NCBI GenBank assembly: GCA_048882325.1
Contig: JBHLRS010000036.1
Location: 1-30,922, forward strand
Length of the DNA stretch: 30,922 nt
From: Candidatus Thorarchaeota archaeon
GTDB lineage: Archaea; Asgardarchaeota; Thorarchaeia; Thorarchaeales; Thorarchaeaceae
Direction of reading: 5' to 3'
The position numbers and the translations under genes were made by a program. The notes below the pieces were generated by a model. The model was not told the DNA's origin, did not search any database, and saw nothing but the letters and a program-made list of their open reading frames with translations. Shown piece by piece: positions 25,402-30,922 of this stretch; the first letter of the stretch is position 1; every line of letters begins with the position of its first letter.

Positions 25402-26874
25402 ATGAGCGCCAATACCACATCCTCGCGAATACTAGTAGTCCTTCTAGTTGTGTCGTTCCTTTCAATCCCGTCATTTCCTGTCCCAGATGTACAAGTGGTG
25501 AATACTGCAGTACCTGCAGTAGGAGAACCACCCAGCATAATACTGATGATAGGTGATGGTATGGGTTTTAACCATGTGGAGTTCGCTCGCTTAGTGGAGG
25601 TTGGAGAACTTGGGTCTCTCAACATGCAGGACTCTGACTGGAATGCAACGGCGAATACTCTGAACGCTGATGGTGCGGTGACAGATTCAGCTGCTGCTGC
25701 GACTGCACTAGCTACAGGTGTCAAAACCACTAATGGGCGTGTTGGTCAGAATCCCGCACAAACACCACTTGAAACAATCCTCGAGTATGCTCAAACTCAG
25801 AACAAGTCAACGGGCGTAGTGTCCACCTGCCGCATCATTGATGCAACACCTGCGAGCTTCATGGTTCATACAAATAGCCGTTACAACTACGTTGACATAG
25901 CGCAACAGATCGTCTTTGATTCTAATGTTGATGTTCTTCTTGGTGGTGGTTTGGATTATTTCGATACTAGTCTGATTTCCACCATGATTTCTAATGGTTA
26001 TGCAGTTGTGTACAATAGGACAGGACTATCAAACATTTCATCTGGAAAAGTGTTCGGACTCTTCAATGGAGTCCACATGGACTACGAGTATGATCGTGAT
26101 TACAGTGTACAACCTTCAATCGCGGAGATGACCAATAAATCACTTGACCTACTCTCACAAGACCCCGATGGGTTCTTCCTCATGGTTGAGGGCGGCCAAA
26201 TCGATCTAGCAGCTCATGCTGAGGATCAGGTGCGAAACGCATTGGAAACGATTGCTTTCGATGAAGCTGTTGATGTTGCAAAGGACTATGTAAAGAAAAA
26301 CAACAACACTATACTCATTGTAACAGCTGATCATGAAACAGAAGGCCTCGTTGTTCTGAGTCATGATCTAAGTCCAGAACTACCAGCTGATCTTGGATCT
26401 GAAGCGGCGAAACGAACTCTTCGAGCAGAACGTGCAAACAATGTTACTATTGATTGGACCGCAACGTATCATACCACATGGCCAGTTCCAGTCTACGCAT
26501 TTGGAGCGGCATTTGCCTATGTGGATGAAGACCTTACTATTGACAACACTGACATTTACAAGCTCATGAAGGACTTCTATCTGGGAAATCCACTCAACGA
26601 AACTGTTTCTGCCACAACCACGACTACAACCACTACAACAACTACAACCACCAATACTTCCAGTACAACTGGAACGACCGGTACAACGGATTCATCAAGC
26701 ACTACGGAAACATCAACCACATCTAACACCACAGAAACCACTGGGTCAACAACAAGTCCCACTAGTCCCACAAGCCCGTCCGGTATCCCTCTGAACTCAA
26801 CTGTGCTATTCGCAATATCAATTGGATCAGCTTTTGTCATTCTGGTAGTTCTTATTCTCATAAGGCGCAGATAG
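25402..26874 (+). CDS. phoA: Secreted, C-terminally anchored alkaline phosphatase (PhoA family)
   Basis: Signal/TM N-terminus; IGDGMG, VTDSAAAATA (catalytic Ser), DATPA, VEGGQID.AAH, TADHET; Thr/Ser linker, TM helix and RRR tail. Confidence 0.92.
   Translation: MSANTTSSRILVVLLVVSFLSIPSFPVPDVQVVNTAVPAVGEPPSIILMIGDGMGFNHVEFARLVEVGELGSLNMQDSDWNATANTLNADGAVTDSAAAATALATGVKTTNGRVGQNPAQTPLETILEYAQTQNKSTGVVSTCRIIDATPASFMVHTNSRYNYVDIAQQIVFDSNVDVLLGGGLDYFDTSLISTMISNGYAVVYNRTGLSNISSGKVFGLFNGVHMDYEYDRDYSVQPSIAEMTNKSLDLLSQDPDGFFLMVEGGQIDLAAHAEDQVRNALETIAFDEAVDVAKDYVKKNNNTILIVTADHETEGLVVLSHDLSPELPADLGSEAAKRTLRAERANNVTIDWTATYHTTWPVPVYAFGAAFAYVDEDLTIDNTDIYKLMKDFYLGNPLNETVSATTTTTTTTTTTTTNTSSTTGTTGTTDSSSTTETSTTSNTTETTGSTTSPTSPTSPSGIPLNSTVLFAISIGSAFVILVVLILIRRR
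26614..26781 (+). repeat. Low-complexity Thr/Ser/Pro linker (ACN-rich)
   Basis: Poly-Thr run followed by TSSTTGTT...TSPTSPTSPS. Confidence 0.85.
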
Positions 26875-26937
26875 CAGCTGTGTTGGTCGACCACTTGACT
26901 AAGTTCATAAGTATAGGCAATTGGCCGTATCTGTCAG

Positions 26938-28137
26938 GTGGCTGCATTGGCAAAAGCTGAGTATACGTCAGTTCTTCTCCGATTTGGAGAGTTGGGAATC
27001 AAGTCCCACCAGACTAGACGCCGAATGACAAACCTCCTGATAGGACATATCGAGTCTTCGTTGCGAGAGAACGATGTTCCTTTTGAAAAAGTCCACTCAG
27101 TCTATGGCCGCATCTACATTGACACAAAACATGCAGTCAAGGCCGCCGAGGTTGCTGCCAAGGTCTTTGGCATAGTTTCAACATCTCCAGTAGTAGAAAC
27201 CACAGCGGACCTAGATGATATTCTCAACGCCGGCGAAGAGCTTGTAAGAGCAGAGTTCCGAAAGGGACTGTCGTTTGCTGTGGGTGCGCGGAGGATTGGT
27301 GAACATCCTTTCTCCAGTCAAGATGTCCGAGAGCGTCTTGGCGAGAGGATTCTGGAGGGTATTCCTGAGCTCGATCTCAAGGTGGACCTCTCGAACCCAG
27401 ATCAGTCAATCTACGCAGAAGTCAGAAATGGAAAAGCACACCTGTTCACTCAGACAATCAAGGGTGTCGGAGGAATGCCAACCGGGTCTCAAGGCAAGGT
27501 TGTATGTGCCATCTCCACAGGACTCGATTCTCCTATTGCTGCGTACAAAGTCATGAAACGTGGTTGTATCCCTGTCTTCTTGCATCTTGACAACACACCC
27601 CATGCAGATGAGAACTGCTCTGAGATTGCAGTGAAGCAAGCTGAGCTCTTAGCCAAGTATATCCATGGATTTGAAGTGAAGCTATACATAGTACCTCACG
27701 CTCCAGACATTGAAGAGGCACAACAACATGCCCCAAAGAAAATGACCTGCCTTTTTTGTAAGCGAAACATGCTACGCATTGCACGAGAGATTGCGATTCA
27801 AGAGGATGCACACGCGATTGTTACTGGAGAAATCATTGGGGAACAAGCCTCTCAAACCACGGCCAACCTCCGGGTCATCGAACAAGCAGTGACCGATTTC
27901 CCAATCTTGAGACCACTTGCTGGAGAAGACAAGGTGGACATAGAGCACTTGGCTCAAGAGATTGGAACCTATGATTTTGCAATGGAAGGCGCATCTTGTT
28001 GCACTCTGAATCCGAAATATCCTGAGGTCCGAGCTGACCCGGTTGAAATTGCCTCATGCGAGGAGTCAATGGATTTCGACATTCTGATAGAAGAGCTCAA
28101 GAACGCGCAAATCATTGTCCTTCGGGAGGGCAAATAA
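26938..28137 (+). CDS. thiI: tRNA 4-thiouridine synthase ThiI (archaeal, no rhodanese domain)
   Basis: RFGELGIKS, THUMP region, G.GGMP.GSQGK, PP-loop STGLDSP, CLFCKR, TGE.IGEQASQT, RPL, C-terminal SCC. Confidence 0.93.
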   Translation: MAALAKAEYTSVLLRFGELGIKSHQTRRRMTNLLIGHIESSLRENDVPFEKVHSVYGRIYIDTKHAVKAAEVAAKVFGIVSTSPVVETTADLDDILNAGEELVRAEFRKGLSFAVGARRIGEHPFSSQDVRERLGERILEGIPELDLKVDLSNPDQSIYAEVRNGKAHLFTQTIKGVGGMPTGSQGKVVCAISTGLDSPIAAYKVMKRGCIPVFLHLDNTPHADENCSEIAVKQAELLAKYIHGFEVKLYIVPHAPDIEEAQQHAPKKMTCLFCKRNMLRIAREIAIQEDAHAIVTGEIIGEQASQTTANLRVIEQAVTDFPILRPLAGEDKVDIEHLAQEIGTYDFAMEGASCCTLNPKYPEVRADPVEIASCEESMDFDILIEELKNAQIIVLREGK

Positions 28138-28307
28138 CAAGTCGGCCTATAAACGCCCTATTCTTTCTAAAACCGTTTAGAAATCCCGATATTCGACCTT
28201 AACTTACTGGAGAAACCCTTTCCGATAATACAAAGTTCTTAAAGAAATTTGGTCCTGAAAAGGGTGTATAATGGCTGCGATTTGCAGTTAGAGGTGTAAA
28301 AGAGGTC

Positions 28308-28535
28308 TTGCCACGATCAAGAAAAGAACGCATCATCCCAGTAGCCCCCGTCGACAGACTCATTCGAAAAGCAGGAGCAGGGCGAGTGAGTGACAAAGGC
28401 GCAGAACGCTTGGCACAGATTCTTGAGGAGGTCGGAGAAGATCTCGCAAGAAGAGCCTTTCAGATTACAGAACACACAGGCAGGAAGACTATTACTGACA
28501 AGGATATTGACCTAGCTTACAAGCAATGGAAATGA
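28308..28535 (+). CDS. Archaeal histone (HMf family)
   Basis: IPVAPVDRLIRKAGAGRVS...HTGRKTITDKDIDLA histone-fold signature; TTG start with GAGGT SD. Confidence 0.95.
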   Translation: MPRSRKERIIPVAPVDRLIRKAGAGRVSDKGAERLAQILEEVGEDLARRAFQITEHTGRKTITDKDIDLAYKQWK

Positions 28536-28614
28536 TGATTTTCACCAAAGCGTGTAGGTTTTCAAGGCGGCGCCTGTACATTCTTGTGTCAGATTACTTG
28601 TGTAGGGGATAGTT

Positions 28615-29307
28615 ATGCCAAAGAGAGTTGAAACTGTTGAGGACATGACAGTACTACTCTCACTACACGATATTTCACCTGTGTATGAGGATGACATTGT
28701 AACCACCTACGACCTTCTCGTCGATCTTGGAATAGACAGTTTCACATTACTCGTGACGCCCTTTTTTGGTCTCAAGAAGACAAACAAGATTTCTGAGAGT
28801 AATCTCTTCACAGGATTTCTAAAGTCACTTGATCTCGAGATTGCAATGCATGGGTATTCCCACTTCTCAAAGTCCGGTTCTCTTAACGAGTTCAATGGTA
28901 TGACTCAACAGAAGATAGCATCACGACTGAAAGATGGAATTTCTATTCTCACCAAAGGATTTGGTATGAAACCAACAGGATTTGTTTCACCCCGCTGGGA
29001 ATCTCCTCAGAAGGTGGTCAAAGCAGCAAAGGAAGTTGGTCTTAGCTATTGTGTAAGTGGAAACAACATCCATAGACATGCTGATGATACAATCTTCGAT
29101 ACCAGTGAACGGGTCGTGAGTGAAGGACAACGAGTCCTCAATTTGGAATCCTCGATGATAGAGATTGAACTTGGGGGGTCTCTACAAGTTGGAATACATC
29201 CCCTTGATCATCGAAAAAACAATCTCTTCGAATTACTAGAAGACCTCAAGGACCGACTGGAATACAAATTCATGGGCTATAGTGATTATCTTGAATTTGT
29301 TCCTTAA
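28615..29307 (+). CDS. Polysaccharide deacetylase-like protein (DUF2334/NodB-like)
   Basis: LHDISP, EIAMHGYSH, GFVSPRW, IHP motifs. Confidence 0.85.
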   Translation: MPKRVETVEDMTVLLSLHDISPVYEDDIVTTYDLLVDLGIDSFTLLVTPFFGLKKTNKISESNLFTGFLKSLDLEIAMHGYSHFSKSGSLNEFNGMTQQKIASRLKDGISILTKGFGMKPTGFVSPRWESPQKVVKAAKEVGLSYCVSGNNIHRHADDTIFDTSERVVSEGQRVLNLESSMIEIELGGSLQVGIHPLDHRKNNLFELLEDLKDRLEYKFMGYSDYLEFVP

Positions 29308-29481
29308 TTCGCCCCTTTCGAAAAAACGTCAATGCTGCTCTCAAACAGAATGTAGTTCCTCCCGAACAAACTCAAATACTCGTGATATCACAATCTCAGT
29401 TGCTTGATGTCCATACTGAAAAGAATGCAGACGCGCACTTAGGATGGACTTTGGTCGACAGATTAAGAGGAGGATGTCCTC

Positions 29482-30922
29482 GTGAGGAAAAACAGTCTCA
29501 TAGGCATTTTAGTTGTAGTTCTATTTCTATTCCCACTATTGAATACGTCAACTGACTATAGTCCTGCGACAACAGTCAGTAATCCATACCTGCCGCAGGC
29601 GCCAAACGCTGACAGTCCGTTTGCAGTTAGTGCTGATCGGAGCACAGGTAATGGTCCTGCACTTCCGGTGACCATCAGTGGACAAATCTCTAACGTTGGC
29701 CAGGGAACTCTATCCTTTGACTCCTCCTCCTCTGGAATTGGTTCTGTAATGTTGACTGATGGATGGACTGGCTCTAACCTTCAAGCACAGATTGACTCTC
29801 TTACTTGGACAGCTGAAGATGTTCTTCAGAATGGAAACCTGAATGATTATCATAATGAGCTGTTTGTCGTCACTCCTGTCACGACTGAAAACGATGATAC
29901 CGTTCAAGTTCCTGATGATTGGACCATAGTGAAAAATGTTGTTGACTATGACTCTCTTCATCCTCAACATGGGATGTATGAGATAGACAGTGATATAAAT
30001 GGGAATGGAGGCACTCGAGGTATTTACGTCGTGGTAGATGGTACCTCAGTTTATAACTACAATCCCAATGATGAGATGTATATTAGCCAAATGGTATCAA
30101 TGCCCTACAGAGAAATCTATTCTGCAACTGTGTCCTTTGAGTATAACATCCTGTCAACTTCCTATCTGGATAATGTGTTTCACCTTTTCATTAGACTCGG
30201 AGGAAGAATTGAGAGATTCCCCGTATTTCAAACAGGGGCTACAACTGGCACTTGGCTTTCTGCAAGTGTGCCCATTTCCGCCTCACTTTTTGATGATCCC
30301 TCTGCAAAAGCACTGCTATTTGATATCGGTATTGCTACTGATTATAGTGGAGTATTGGGTGTGGCTTCGCGTGAGTATGCCTACATTGACAATATTCGAG
30401 TTGACTTCAATGTGCGACCATTCCCTGAACAGATTGATTTGAAAGCAAATGGAACCCTAGTCTGGGGCTCAACAACACATAGTGTTTACCCATATGTCCC
30501 AGATGATGACAACAGAGATTGCTATGATGATAGCGGATCAGGGCTTGATCTTGATGGATATTCTGGTAATGCAGTTCTTGATACTGGTATCTACTCTTCA
30601 GGATATCTTACAGGAACCTCATTTGAAACAGGTTTACAATTTCCACTTGATATTCCGCAAGGTGCCATTATTACTTCAGCTTACCTGGAGGTTGAAGCCG
30701 CATCTAGTTCCAGTCCTTTTCTCCTTGGGATGCGCGTTCATGTTGCTGATGAGGATAATGTGACACCTTTTACTACAGGAGGACATCTAGAAGCGCTCTA
30801 CAACTGGGTTGAAACCAGCGTAGACTGGAGCCTCAACTCATGGATAGTAGGAGTTGATACTCGTTATAGATCGCCCGAGATTGGTCCACTCGTACAAAAT
30901 GTTGTAAGTAGACCCGGATGGT
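29482..30922 (+). CDS. Large secreted cell-surface protein (3'-truncated; absent from ORF track)
   Basis: GAGGAGG SD and GTG 29482; signal peptide MRKNSLIGILVVVLFLFPLL; 480 stop-free codons to the window end; beta-rich with GLQFPLDIPQGAIITSAYL and SPEIGPLVQNVVSRPGW segments. Confidence 0.9.
   Translation, partial: MRKNSLIGILVVVLFLFPLLNTSTDYSPATTVSNPYLPQAPNADSPFAVSADRSTGNGPALPVTISGQISNVGQGTLSFDSSSSGIGSVMLTDGWTGSNLQAQIDSLTWTAEDVLQNGNLNDYHNELFVVTPVTTENDDTVQVPDDWTIVKNVVDYDSLHPQHGMYEIDSDINGNGGTRGIYVVVDGTSVYNYNPNDEMYISQMVSMPYREIYSATVSFEYNILSTSYLDNVFHLFIRLGGRIERFPVFQTGATTGTWLSASVPISASLFDDPSAKALLFDIGIATDYSGVLGVASREYAYIDNIRVDFNVRPFPEQIDLKANGTLVWGSTTHSVYPYVPDDDNRDCYDDSGSGLDLDGYSGNAVLDTGIYSSGYLTGTSFETGLQFPLDIPQGAIITSAYLEVEAASSSSPFLLGMRVHVADEDNVTPFTTGGHLEALYNWVETSVDWSLNSWIVGVDTRYRSPEIGPLVQNVVSRPGW

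Noticed and set aside
26577-26894. Poly-Val minus-strand ORF
   Set aside because: Antisense shadow of the Thr-rich PhoA linker.
474-28895. Remaining short ORFs nested in or antisense to recognised genes
   Set aside because: No motifs, and fully explained as shadows of well-supported CDSs.
29382-29391. GTGATATCAC palindrome
   Set aside because: A single 10-bp palindrome is expected by chance in 31 kb.
29710-30763. Three short ORFs in the track (29710-29970, 30038-30442, 30482-30763)
   Set aside because: All overlap the long open frame starting at 29482.

Overview
Gene-dense, mostly housekeeping archaeal window, most likely from an Asgard archaeon (Thorarchaeia-like). The evidence is an archaeal GluRS, an HMf-type histone, eS25, a Cys-motif ThiI and GGTGA/GGAGG Shine-Dalgarno (SD) sites, together with eukaryotic-signature modules: a longin-Arf-like GTPase fusion, a longin/uDENN-like + winged-helix protein, and an ESCRT-II Vps22/36 (EAP30) domain. 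I found no mobile element, CRISPR array, rRNA or tRNA. Main highlights: (1) two tandem, translationally coupled DapA-family aldolase::formaldehyde-activating-enzyme (Fae) fusions whose Fae domains have lost complementary halves of the conserved motifs; (2) an unannotated box C/D guide sRNA (5995-6072, minus) with two K-turns, whose D' guide resembles the LSU rRNA peptidyl-transferase region; (3) eS25 with an apparent non-AUG start and a histone-H1-like tandem-repeat tail; (4) a Vps22/36 domain fused to a coiled coil and a beta-sandwich, outside any ESCRT cluster; (5) a longin/GTPase/SHOCT gene cluster; (6) a decayed surface-protein pseudogene and a large secreted-protein ORF missing from the ORF track. 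All family calls come from motif recognition by eye; no searches were run.
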